DNA of 32,000 bases from Mucisphaera calidilacus (GTDB lineage: Bacteria; Planctomycetota; Phycisphaerae; Phycisphaerales; Phycisphaeraceae). The position numbers and the translations under genes were made by a program. Where the stretch lies: positions 2,100,001 to 2,132,000 of the forward strand of contig NZ_CP036280.1 in assembly GCF_007748075.1 (NCBI RefSeq), given 5' to 3'. Shown here piece by piece: positions 9,201 through 16,503 of the stretch. Below the pieces are notes generated by a model. It had not been told where the DNA came from, made no database searches, and was given only the letters and a program-made list of their open reading frames with translations. Each line of letters starts with the position of its first letter. The first letter of the stretch is position 1.

Positions 9201-12200
9201 CCGCTATACGCTCAGGACACTTTCTGGCAGCACTACCGGGGCGGGCACGCCCTTTGGCGTCAGCCAGTCGTACCTGCCCTCGTCGGCGTGTCACGATGAC
9301 TTCTCGCTGCGTTTTTATGCCTCGGACACGCAAAGGCCAGCGGGTGACTGGTTTGTCGACGACGTCCGGCTGCTCGTGCCCGGAGATGGCGGGCATCGTG
9401 TCGAGCTCGACGTGGGCGAGCGTCTTGAAGACCTTGACTTCGGCAACTTCGCGGAGAGTGTCGCGGAGGGCACGGTCTGGATGGATCTCAACAAGAACGG
9501 CGTGCGTCAGGCCAGCGACCCGTTGCTGGAGAACATCCGTGTCTATCTCGATCTGGATGGCAACGGTGTCTTTGATGACACGGAGCCGTCCGTGTTGACC
9601 GATGATTCAGGCCAGTACCGCTTTGACGAGATCATTACGGGTGCGTACAGCCTGCGTGTTGACCTGCCTTCAGAGTACCTGACGGTGATCAGCCCTGAGG
9701 CAGGGGTCTACACGTTCACGGTTTATTCGGATGAGTATGTCGGCGGGCTGGATTTCGGTCTGCAGCGGACTAGCCCGTTTGGTGTGGTCAGCAGTGACCC
9801 GGCGCTCGGCGAGTTCACAGGCCCCGACACGGATTACTACTTCGTGACGTTCAACGGCGAGGTTAACTCGAGTACGGTGCAGGCCTCGGACTTCCTGGTC
9901 GATGGCCAGCATCCGGCGGGTGTCTACGTTAGTGCGCCCGACACGGTACGTATCACGCTGCCGGGCACGCTGAGCAGCGGGCTGCACAACGTCATCCTCC
10001 CCGAGAACAGGATCGAGGATGTCTGGGGTGTGCCGAACACGATCTTCACGGGGTTCTTCGCGGTGGACGCGACCGGTCCACGGATCATCAGTTCTTCGAT
10101 CGTGGAGGGTCAGGAACTGCCCGTGGGTGATGTCACGCTGATGCTTGCCTTCGACGAGTCGATGGGTGCGTCGAGTGTGGAGAACCTCGACGCCTACGCG
10201 TTGCGGGACAGCGGGGACAACCTGTTCGTGCCGGATCATGCTGTGTATTACGAGGCGACCAAGACGGCGGTCGTGCGCTGGCGGGGTCTTGAAGAGGAGT
10301 TCTACAGGCTGGCGATCGCGGACAGCCTGACCGATGTCGTCGGCAATCGCCTGGACGGCGAGGCGGCCTGGCCCCTGCCCGTTGAGGGCACGGGCGACGG
10401 TGTGCCGGGCGGCGCGTTTACGGTTCGCTTCACGACCGATGTGCAGACCAGCCAGAAGGTCGAGGACTGGCGGCTTCTCGAGCCGGTGGGCTCACACGCG
10501 GCGCGCGCCGAGCAGCGTGCACTGCTTGGCCGTACAGGTGATGTCGACCGCTACACGCTGGACGTGGCGTCGGGCAATGTATTCTCGGTGCTCGCGCGTA
10601 CCGAGGATGTGGTGCGTTACTCTCTGAGGATTGTTGACCCCTCAGGGGACGTGCTGCGGCTTCATGCGGGTGAGGTGGCGGGTTCTGCGCTTGCGACGCC
10701 GGTGCGTGCCACGGAGACGGGCACGTACACGATCGAACTGGAATCGATCTGGAGTGCGGGCCGCGTCGATCTTGAGATCTTGCTGAACGGCGTGTTCGAG
10801 GCTGAGGAGCATGACGATTCGACGAACCACACCGCCGACGATGCACAGGACCTGAGTACGGTTTTCACCCCCCTGCCGGGGACAGACGTTCAGCAGGTCA
10901 AGGTGCTTGGAGCGGGCGAGGATCACGTCGACGGCCACGACGTGTCTCGGACGCAGCGCATCTCGGGAACCGCGTATTATCCGAACAACCTGTACTTCAC
11001 CTTCGATGATCTGCCTCAGACCGTGGGCGATGGTGTGTTGACGTTTGTTGGCTGGGGTGACTTCGATCAGAGTAATGAGTACGCCATAGTTACGGTCGAC
11101 AACGTCATCTTCTCTGCTCTGGTCTTCGATCTTCCGGGTTATCACTCCAACCCTGTGACGGACACGATCAGTGTGACGCAGGATGATCTGGATGCGCTGC
11201 TGGCGGACGGGTCTGTGACGCTTTCGGCTGGCTTCAGCACCAGTGTTTCCAACTACGGCGGCAGCTACCTTGAGGTAACGCTGTCGTATCCTTCGATCCC
11301 GCCGACGGCGGACTGGTACCGGGTATCGCTGGAGGATGGAGAGTCGCTCAACCTGCTCCTGGAGAGTGATCAGGTCCAGTCGGGTGCGGCCATCCGGGTC
11401 TATGACACTGACATGGTCGAACAGCAGGCGACGTTGACGGCGGGTGGCAAGCGTATCGAGCTTAAGGGCTTCGCGGATACGACCACAGACGGCGGAGCCG
11501 ATGACTACTTCGTCGAGGTGACGGGTGTGGTCGGGGCATACGAGTTGCTGGTGACGCGAAATGCGGCGATCGCGTTGAACGGTTCAGTCTCGGTGTCGGC
11601 GGACCATGCGGAGGCCGGCGTTCGCTACGTCGGTGGCGTGATGGGCCCCGAGCCTGAGGAGACCACCAAGTCGCCGGTGACTCCGCCGACCGGAGCTTCG
11701 GGCGATGAACCGCTGCTCGTCGGGTTTGATAATCTGGCGCTGGGCCAGTTGGATGCGGAAGTCTATCTGTCGAGCCTGGGCCTGAGTGTTCTTGACGTCT
11801 ATCCGATGGTTGGTTCGGCGTTGGTGCAGGCGCCGCGGGTGTCGCTGCTCGGCGAGGCGGATGGCGTGTCGTGGGTCGACGATCCGGCGATCCGGTACGT
11901 CGAACCGGATGGCGCGTTGCGTCTGCATCAGACCTTAGCCAGTGATCCGTACTTTGGTTCGCTCTGGGGTCTGCACAACACGGGTCAGTCGTTTGGCACC
12001 CATGACGCGGACATCGATGCGCCGGAGGCGTGGTCGGTCTTCACCGGGACCTCGGATGTGGTTGTTGCGATCATCGACAGCGGCATTGACTACAACCACC
12101 CCGACCTCGCGGACAACATGTGGCGTAACCCGGGTGAGATCCCCGGCAACGGCATCGACGACGACAACAATGGCTATGTCGATGATGTATACGGTATCGA

Positions 12201-14193
12201 CGCCGCGAACAACGACAGCGACCCGATGGATGACAACAGCCACGGCACACACGTGGCGGGGACGATCGGTGCCGTCGGCAACAACGGCATCGGGATCACG
12301 GGTGTGAACTGGGATGTCGAGATGATGGCGCTCAAGTTCCTTGACCGTTATGGCGACGGGAACAACTCAGACGTCATCGAGTTGATCGACTACATGGTCG
12401 ACATGAAGCTCAATCATGGCATCAACATCGTGGCGTCCAACAACTCGTGGGGCGGGTCGCTCTACTCCTCCGCCTTGATGGACGCGATCGAGGCCAGCAA
12501 CGACGCGGGCATTTTGTTTGTGGCCTCGTCGGGCAACGATCGTGTCAACACAGACATCAGCGGCCGGTATCCGCATGGCTATAACCTTCCTGGCATTCTT
12601 GCGGTCGGCTCGACCGATCGCAATGACCGCCTGTCGTCGTTCTCGAATTATGGCGTGCAGACGGTTGATATCGCGGCGCCCGGGACCGACATCTACAGCA
12701 CCGTGCCCGGCGGTTCGTATGGGTACAAGAGCGGCACGTCGATGGCTTCGCCGCACGTGACGGGCGCAGCGGCCATGCTGATGGCCGCTAACCCTAACGC
12801 GAGCATCTTCGAGATCAAGCAGCTCCTGATGGATACGGCGGATTCGGTTTCCGAACTCACGGGCAAGATCGCCAATGCGGGTCGGTTGAATCTCAACACG
12901 GCGATCCAGACCATCGGCCTGCACACCGAGGAACTGGATACTTACACCCTCTACATGGACCCGGGCGACACGATTCGTGTTTCCACCCTGACACCCGGCG
13001 ACGAGGTGGGGCCGCTGGTCAACCACCTGGACCCGATGATCGAGATCCGTGACGCAGCGAACGAATTGCTTGCCTTCGACGACAACTCGGCGGCCGACGG
13101 TCGGAATGCGGAACTGGTCTATCGTGCTGAGGGTGCCGGGACCATGACCGTTGTGGTGAAGGCTGCCGAGGGTACCGAGGGGATCTATCTGCTCGACCTG
13201 TCGGTTGAGCGTGCGGCGGAGGTCGTCAACACGGAGCTGTTCTACAACAACTCATCGTTTGACCAGAACGACCCTGAGCTGAACGAGGCTGACCTCGAGG
13301 CGATCGCGGAGGACAAGTATCCGCTGAAGCCGGGATCTGAGGCCCGCTTTACCAACTACACGAGTTACGACCGCGGCATCAACGGTCTGATGATCGACAT
13401 CAGCAACCTCAAGTCGCTGCCGACGCTGAGCGACTTCGTCTTCATGACCGGCCGGTCGCAGGACGCTTCTGAATGGACTGAGGCGCCGTTGCCGACGGCG
13501 ATGCTCGTATCGGAGGGTATCGGGCGTTACGACAGCGACCGCATCAGTTTCTCGTGGGAGGACGGTGCGATCACGAACACGTGGCTGCGGGTCCGAGCGT
13601 TGTCGGATGACAACGGTGGTTCGCTGGGGCTCGGCGAGGACGCGGTCTTCTACTACGGCAACGTCATCGGCGAGAGCGGGAACCGAGCTGACACGGTGGT
13701 CGATATCTTCGACATGCTCGCGCCGCTGCGGCGTATCGAATCCGGTGGGCGTGGCTCCACCCCCAACACCATGCCCGTCGAAGTCACGCACCCGTTCGAC
13801 TACAACCGGGATCAGGTCCTCGACGAGAAGGATATGGCGATCGCGCGTGGCCACGGCAGCACGATCGCCAACGCGTTGCCGTTGATGCGGGCACCGGACT
13901 CGATTGGCAGCACGATCAGCGCCGCTCCGCCGGTGAAACTCAACACGCGTTACTACTACCGGTCGTTCGTCTACCCGCTGGCTCAGCGGCCGGATACCGG
14001 CGGTGTCGCGGTGCCCCGCTACACGCTCTTGGTGACGCGTGACGGCATCAGGATGGTGAGTGAGGATCCGGCGGCGAAGAAGGGGGATCCCGGGCGTGTG
14101 TCGGCTACTCCGTCGCTGCCTCAGGCTCAGCGTGTTGCCTATCAGCAGCAGCCGATGTCGGCACTCAGGCAGCAGCAGTTGGTACAGCAGTAG
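3238..14193 (+). CDS. Giant (3,651 aa) modular extracellular protein: SdrD-B-like, Ig-like, beta-propeller-like, jelly-roll and PPC-like domains plus an embedded I9-prodomain/S8 subtilisin
   Basis: Single uninterrupted 10,956-nt ORF with a GGGAG sequence 8 nt upstream of the ATG. Recognisable domain motifs run throughout (see sub-features). Every overlapping ORF is Arg/Pro/Ser-rich and looks like a high-GC artefact. Confidence 0.9.
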   Translation: MSAASRAYKRLRSLYQMTLRRMQSAPRGGVEAARPVLLDRLEERVLLSGTASLSGLVYSDLDGDGSRDADESAVAQSLVYLDLDRSGSLEWSDQNGNFRWDEGEGDRWTIGDAQGRYHFDDLAADVYAVRLFKPDNLVLTEPAVDEVLISDSFEDGVIDSSIWVGNGNQPTIYTLGEPGPTGETVLRFPATSQVLETLPMDLSAASSLRVTYWWMQGGLEDDPEFGDDIWLEYLDADGEFVQLYRHYGYTSETDDLRQNIVEIDGDLLHDGFVLRFHNRAVSYGVVETDDWFIDDIRVSIPGEQSSLVTLEEGGSAEGVNLGISRRIAPGSPYLLPSGDTGRASDDGITMNNNGTQAERMAFQLDHVAKGETVHLVADNGVDPELILATPVVTTDGTFSFWTDGRTALPDGTYSIRARVLSSFGTWESVESVHPLVVDSEAPRVTVDEVSADTASFRLSGTVSEAGTLVEVALADRTYTPTVAPDLTWEIAAYIFLENGRYDVMATATDRAGNVGSDTTTDELEIVDPSGSISGTVWKDLNDNGVVDEGESGLEGVRVYLNEDDDLTLDWTDQNANGLWDSGEGERWITTDAEGFYRFDRLVIGPHQVLIDAPAGFVQSNPIPHADWSSTYQSASSTVGKIVDVGPLDSIFFMAGSGSIGQYNYETGDYFASVLVGGAVTLHDFDADQAGSLLWITMPSSSTDGSLLRSYELGSGAMQEFALPVEAGEVSEIAVGSDGMVYFAGKPAQSSAVGGFYRFDPATSFATRLFDLSSGADLTRSPEGGVVLIADHHTDSTSLHRFDVGTGQVTGSTSVWSLGSGTVRYEVGPEGELFTTRQNQVTRVYDAGLNEIQVFSSTPLSFIDPARPVLYRGSGSSRLQVLDTVSWQTHMSQWLPASVNDIPYAAITGDGSKLFYSRGSLVYIMENGTGEVRPLSLSLGESLTDHDFALAHVLLREPIDLGWSSDTGSSQQDNITRYNNADDDHRLQFIVDHLQVVGAVQLVASDGVNEDILLDTTIEPAENNGTITTTGDVVLPDGTYDLRLSVLRDAETWFSGMVAATVTIDATPLVVTIDAVETDRLDTVITGTVDGDAHWVSVSFNGRTYQATVTGDGTWSAEISVEGYTPGVYDIEAEAVDVAGNTSTDTTTGELTILNGTNTLTGSVWHDLDGSKDEVDGEPRMANVRVYLDSNRNDVLDWLDGDDDGLWDAGEGERWVLTGADGSYSFDQLPEGRYEVKATTPVGYTATLTPDTDWGAEHVFSDRLPEKILFAPDGVTLYTIQSNNEIRRFDMATMTQLSSYVLPAASIDSFDLSPDGTFLIASTQNGAANHQGILWMVSTQTHVVIGEYTFDLGGFETGVSDVHIDSDGHVYVAPYTAIGLGFGTGPWLLRKLDLQTGAFEVIGNSDVANVTFGQTHDPAQILMQGAINNRSDLALYDTVTDRFVLTSPNGLSNISQVSISPDGQTLAYRVGSAIRLVDRSFNVLTTINTQYVGVFDPNLPYYYTQGSGNESLHVLDASTGATVDSYRAPYSFSYSPTSMTISADGTRIAYSAQSSYNIYYIYALNNGKAFEGVVVEGGGTTAGPDFGFQRTVKPAAPDLRGETDTGTSTTDNLTRRNNGSADETLMFALNGLNAADEVTLLIFPDEGVPYAIGSGVALGAGAFISTDGQTVLEDGTHPIGVQITDRYNTFTYSSPTTHVLSVTIDTIAPVVDVDPLVTDQIRPALSGTLDDTFASVEITLGELSVGAGKPTSTTWQVGAGVFGPLAVGLHDVVARATDRAGNVGIDTTVRELEVITPTAELAGTVWHDLNNDGVFDADEPTLTGVRVYLDDNNNSALDWFDYDLDGSWDANEGERWQLTDDEGNYRFAGLISGGYTVRQQVMDPYVLTAPFGDTVLFEETFETTSFDPSRWAVVSHATIDDVGIDEPSEPYALRLNGDPSYSDYVDTVPIDLSGLANVSLEFAWQQTGGGHEPGYNDNLVVSYLNRYNGRYTLRTLSGSTTGAGTPFGVSQSYLPSSACHDDFSLRFYASDTQRPAGDWFVDDVRLLVPGDGGHRVELDVGERLEDLDFGNFAESVAEGTVWMDLNKNGVRQASDPLLENIRVYLDLDGNGVFDDTEPSVLTDDSGQYRFDEIITGAYSLRVDLPSEYLTVISPEAGVYTFTVYSDEYVGGLDFGLQRTSPFGVVSSDPALGEFTGPDTDYYFVTFNGEVNSSTVQASDFLVDGQHPAGVYVSAPDTVRITLPGTLSSGLHNVILPENRIEDVWGVPNTIFTGFFAVDATGPRIISSSIVEGQELPVGDVTLMLAFDESMGASSVENLDAYALRDSGDNLFVPDHAVYYEATKTAVVRWRGLEEEFYRLAIADSLTDVVGNRLDGEAAWPLPVEGTGDGVPGGAFTVRFTTDVQTSQKVEDWRLLEPVGSHAARAEQRALLGRTGDVDRYTLDVASGNVFSVLARTEDVVRYSLRIVDPSGDVLRLHAGEVAGSALATPVRATETGTYTIELESIWSAGRVDLEILLNGVFEAEEHDDSTNHTADDAQDLSTVFTPLPGTDVQQVKVLGAGEDHVDGHDVSRTQRISGTAYYPNNLYFTFDDLPQTVGDGVLTFVGWGDFDQSNEYAIVTVDNVIFSALVFDLPGYHSNPVTDTISVTQDDLDALLADGSVTLSAGFSTSVSNYGGSYLEVTLSYPSIPPTADWYRVSLEDGESLNLLLESDQVQSGAAIRVYDTDMVEQQATLTAGGKRIELKGFADTTTDGGADDYFVEVTGVVGAYELLVTRNAAIALNGSVSVSADHAEAGVRYVGGVMGPEPEETTKSPVTPPTGASGDEPLLVGFDNLALGQLDAEVYLSSLGLSVLDVYPMVGSALVQAPRVSLLGEADGVSWVDDPAIRYVEPDGALRLHQTLASDPYFGSLWGLHNTGQSFGTHDADIDAPEAWSVFTGTSDVVVAIIDSGIDYNHPDLADNMWRNPGEIPGNGIDDDNNGYVDDVYGIDAANNDSDPMDDNSHGTHVAGTIGAVGNNGIGITGVNWDVEMMALKFLDRYGDGNNSDVIELIDYMVDMKLNHGINIVASNNSWGGSLYSSALMDAIEASNDAGILFVASSGNDRVNTDISGRYPHGYNLPGILAVGSTDRNDRLSSFSNYGVQTVDIAAPGTDIYSTVPGGSYGYKSGTSMASPHVTGAAAMLMAANPNASIFEIKQLLMDTADSVSELTGKIANAGRLNLNTAIQTIGLHTEELDTYTLYMDPGDTIRVSTLTPGDEVGPLVNHLDPMIEIRDAANELLAFDDNSAADGRNAELVYRAEGAGTMTVVVKAAEGTEGIYLLDLSVERAAEVVNTELFYNNSSFDQNDPELNEADLEAIAEDKYPLKPGSEARFTNYTSYDRGINGLMIDISNLKSLPTLSDFVFMTGRSQDASEWTEAPLPTAMLVSEGIGRYDSDRISFSWEDGAITNTWLRVRALSDDNGGSLGLGEDAVFYYGNVIGESGNRADTVVDIFDMLAPLRRIESGGRGSTPNTMPVEVTHPFDYNRDQVLDEKDMAIARGHGSTIANALPLMRAPDSIGSTISAAPPVKLNTRYYYRSFVYPLAQRPDTGGVAVPRYTLLVTRDGIRMVSEDPAAKKGDPGRVSATPSLPQAQRVAYQQQPMSALRQQQLVQQ
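3398..3663 (+). repeat. SdrD-B-like (Cna-B-type) domain, copy 1, with inserted W-D-x-G-E-G-D/E-R-W loop
   Basis: GLVYSDLDGDGSRDADE..VYLDLDRSGSLEWSDQNGNFRWDEGEGDRWTIGDAQGRYHFDDLAADVYAVRL. Confidence 0.6.
3670..4140 (+). repeat. Jelly-roll (MAM/LamG-like) domain, copy 1
   Basis: LISDSFEDGVIDSSIW...LRVTYWWMQGG...DIWLEYLDADGEFVQL...DDWFIDDIRVSIPG. A paralogous copy lies at 8905-9380 (LFEETFETTSFDPSRW...LEFAWQQTGGG...NLVVSYLN...GDWFVDDVRLLVPG). Confidence 0.5.
4831..5100 (+). repeat. SdrD-B-like domain, copy 2 (with insert)
   Basis: ISGTVWKDLNDNGVVDEGESGLEGVRVYLNEDDDLTLDWTDQNANGLWDSGEGERWITTDAEGFYRFDRLVIGPHQV. Confidence 0.65.
5150..6020 (+). other. Beta-propeller-like region 1 (YncE/lactonase-like blades)
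   Basis: Repeated strand-turn patterns of roughly 40-50 aa such as VGSDGMVYFAG, RSPEGGVVLIAD, VGPEGELFTT and TGDGSKLFYS. The assignment is by pattern only. Confidence 0.45.
6711..6985 (+). repeat. SdrD-B-like domain, copy 3 (with insert)
   Basis: LTGSVWHDLDGSKDEVDGEPRMANVRVYLDSNRNDVLDWLDGDDDGLWDAGEGERWVLTGADGSYSFDQLPEGRYEV. Confidence 0.65.
7027..7940 (+). other. Beta-propeller-like region 2
   Basis: FAPDGVTLYT, LSPDGTFLIAS, IDSDGHVYVA, ISPDGQTLAYR and ISADGTRIAYS recur at blade-like spacing. It occupies the same position in the module as region 1. Confidence 0.5.
8632..8905 (+). repeat. SdrD-B-like domain, copy 4 (with insert)
   Basis: LAGTVWHDLNNDGVFDADEPTLTGVRVYLDDNNNSALDWFDYDLDGSWDANEGERWQLTDDEGNYRFAGLISGGYTV. 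Confidence 0.65.
8905..9380 (+). repeat. Jelly-roll (MAM/LamG-like) domain, copy 2
   Basis: Paralogue of 3670-4140, with the same order of conserved W/F/D positions and ending GDWFVDDVRLLVPG. Confidence 0.5.
9463..9697 (+). repeat. SdrD-B-like domain, copy 5 (canonical, without the insert)
   Basis: EGTVWMDLNKNGVRQASDPLLENIRVYLDLDGNGVFDDTEPSVLTDDSGQYRFDEIITGAYSLRV. Confidence 0.65.
11707..11934 (+). other. Peptidase inhibitor I9-like subtilisin prodomain, internal (about residues 2824-2899)
   Basis: EPLLVGFDNLALGQLDAEVYLSSLGLSVLDVYPMVGSALVQAPRVSLLGEADGVSWVDDPAIRYVEPDGALRLHQT. The ending ..V.YVEPD..... directly before the catalytic domain is the usual I9 arrangement. Confidence 0.55.
11935..12918 (+). 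other. Peptidase S8 (subtilisin) catalytic domain
   Basis: Ordered Asp-His-Ser triad motifs: VVVAIIDSGID (Asp2947, nt 12076-12078), DDNSHGTHVAGT (His3002, nt 12241-12243) and SGTSMASPHVTGAAA (Ser3168, nt 12739-12741), plus the oxyanion-region SNNSWGG. Confidence 0.9.
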
Positions 14194-14290
14194 CCTTGTG
14201 CGGTCGTCCTGATCTGGCGGGTATCGAATCGCGGGGCGTGCGGGTGTAGCATGTTCTTTTCGCACGTCCGCCCGATACCCGAGCCACCGC

Positions 14291-15283
14291 ATGAACGATC
14301 CAGTTGCCGACGGCCTGATTCACGCTTTCGTGATTGATGACGCGGGCACGATTAATCAACTCGCCTCGGACGCGCTGGATGACTGGCGGGGCGAACAGGG
14401 CACGCTCTGGGCGCACTTTGACCGCTCGAAGCCGGCAACCGGCCGGTGGCTTCGTGACCGCAGCGGCCTGGACGGGATGGTGCGTGAGGCGTTGTTAGCC
14501 GAGGACACGCGGCCGCGAGTCACCATCGTGGGTGAGGGTGCGGTGGTCATCCTGCGTGGCGTCAATCTGAATCCCGGTGCCCAGCCGGACGACATGATCT
14601 CGCTGCGGATGTGGGTGGACCGCCACCGGCTGCTCAGCATGCGTTTTCCCAAGCTGGCGGCTGTCGGCGATGTGCGTGAGCGTCTGCTGGCCGGCGACGA
14701 CCTGCTGACATCGGGTGCTCTGCTTGCCGGGCTGGCCATTGCGATGACGGACCGGATGGCTCAGGTTATGGCCAATCTTCGAGAGCTGCTCGACGATTTC
14801 GAGGAGCAGACGGTCGAGGGGTTCCGGCCGTCGCTGCTGGAGGCGTTGGGGCCGGTTCGGCGTCAGGTGATTGTGCTGCGGCGTTACCTCTCGCCACAGC
14901 GTGACGCGTTGATTCAGCTCACCGAGAGCACGCTGACCTGGTTGACGCAGGAAGACCGCGCCCGTCTCCGGGAGGCTCTTGACCGGACGACGCGGTTTGT
15001 GGAGGACCTCGACTCGCTGCGGGATCGCTTTGTGTACGTGCAGGAGGAGATGATGGCCTGGCAGTCTCAGCAGCTGAATACGACGATGTACCTGCTGTCG
15101 ATCGTCTCGACGGTCTTTCTGCCGCTGAGTTTTCTGACGGGCGTGCTCGGCATGAACGTGGCGGGCCTGCCGGGTACCGAGGTGTGGTGGGCCTTCGGCG
15201 GCGTGGTGATCGTGATGATCGCGATGGCCCTGGCGGAAGTGGGTGTTCTGTGGTGGTGGGGTCTGATCGGCAGGCGGGGGTAA
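14291..15283 (+). CDS. zntB: CorA-family divalent metal transporter, ZntB-like
   Basis: 330 aa with two C-terminal TM helices flanking the signature FLTGVLGMNVAGLPG (GMN). The N-terminal domain resembles enterobacterial ZntB as recalled from memory (RPRVT..GEG.V.ILRG.N; RRQVIVLRRYLSPQRDA). Confidence 0.8.
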   Translation: MNDPVADGLIHAFVIDDAGTINQLASDALDDWRGEQGTLWAHFDRSKPATGRWLRDRSGLDGMVREALLAEDTRPRVTIVGEGAVVILRGVNLNPGAQPDDMISLRMWVDRHRLLSMRFPKLAAVGDVRERLLAGDDLLTSGALLAGLAIAMTDRMAQVMANLRELLDDFEEQTVEGFRPSLLEALGPVRRQVIVLRRYLSPQRDALIQLTESTLTWLTQEDRARLREALDRTTRFVEDLDSLRDRFVYVQEEMMAWQSQQLNTTMYLLSIVSTVFLPLSFLTGVLGMNVAGLPGTEVWWAFGGVVIVMIAMALAEVGVLWWWGLIGRRG

Positions 15284-15306
15284 ATCGCTCGTGGCATGAG
15301 GAGCCA

Positions 15307-16503
15307 TCATCCTGACGAGAAGAGTGTCAGGAATCCCTTGATGACCAGGGCGTTCATGAGGTCGATAAAGAAGGCTCCGACGAGGGGGATGATGAGAAAG
15401 GCCTTGGTCGACGGCCCGTACTTGTCGGTCAGTGCGCTCATGTTGGCCATGGCGACGGGTGTCGCGCCCAGCCCCAAGCCCACGAATCCGCCTGTGATCA
15501 CGGCGGCGTCGTAGTCTTTGCCCATCAGTCGGAAGACGAAGAGGACGGCGACCAGTGTGATCACGAGCATCTGGGCGCAGACCACTAGCAGGAGTACTCC
15601 GGCGGCACTCGCGAGCGTGGAGAGTTGCAGACTCATCAGGCTCATGGCCAAAAAGAGTTGGAGAGAGACTTCGCCGGTAACGTCGATCACGGGCCTGCTG
15701 AGTCGGCGATCCAGGAGGTCACAGGTGTTGACGATGACGATTCCCACAACCATCGCTGTCAGGAATCCGGGGAGCTGGACGCCGTGTGAAAAGAGGAGTC
15801 GGTTCACCATGTCCCCGGCGGATATGCAGACAGCCAGGGCGAGCAGCGTTTCGATGAAGTCGCTGACGTGCATCGGCTGGGAGGGGGCGACACGATCCCC
15901 GTCGGTCGATTCAAGATTGTTCTGCTCGTTCGATTGCAGTCGGTGCTTGTTGATGAGATACCCGGCGATCGGGCCGCCGATCAAGCCGCCCGTAATGAGG
16001 CCGAAGGTCGCGCAGGCGACGCCAAACTCGGCGGCGCCTTGCAGCCCTGCACGGGTCGCCTCTCCGCCCCAGGCGATGGCCGTGCCGTGGCCGCCGGCGA
16101 AGGAGATCGATCCTCCCATCAGACCGAAACCGGGGTGCCCCCCCACCATCATGACTGCGAGAACCCCGGTCGCGTTCTGCACGATCAGGAAGATGCCCGC
16201 GAGCACAACGAGCACCACCAGAGCGGTGCCGCCGGCGCGCAAAGACGACAGCCGTGCGTTGAGGCCGATGGTGCTAAAGAAGGTGAGGAGAAAAAGGTCG
16301 CGCAGCGTCAAGTCGAAGGTCAGTGCGATGCCTCCCACCTCGCCGATGAGCAGCACAAGGATGCTGCAGATGATACCGCCGGTGACGGCCTCGGGGATAT
16401 TGTGACGGCGCAGCAGCGGGACGTGACGGTTGATCCACCCACCGAGGTAGAGGACGAAGACACTGACGATCAGGACGTCGACGCTCCGCATTTCGTAAGC
16501 CAT
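15307..16503 (-). CDS. gltS: Sodium/glutamate symporter
   Basis: 398-aa polytopic membrane protein collinear with E. coli GltS. Shared segments include IPEAVTGG, FFSTIGLNARLSSLRAGG, SFAGGHGTA, ACATFGLITGGLIGGP, MGKDYDAAV, GLGATPVAMANM and FIDLMNALVIK. Confidence 0.9.
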   Translation of the reverse strand: MAYEMRSVDVLIVSVFVLYLGGWINRHVPLLRRHNIPEAVTGGIICSILVLLIGEVGGIALTFDLTLRDLFLLTFFSTIGLNARLSSLRAGGTALVVLVVLAGIFLIVQNATGVLAVMMVGGHPGFGLMGGSISFAGGHGTAIAWGGEATRAGLQGAAEFGVACATFGLITGGLIGGPIAGYLINKHRLQSNEQNNLESTDGDRVAPSQPMHVSDFIETLLALAVCISAGDMVNRLLFSHGVQLPGFLTAMVVGIVIVNTCDLLDRRLSRPVIDVTGEVSLQLFLAMSLMSLQLSTLASAAGVLLLVVCAQMLVITLVAVLFVFRLMGKDYDAAVITGGFVGLGLGATPVAMANMSALTDKYGPSTKAFLIIPLVGAFFIDLMNALVIKGFLTLFSSG

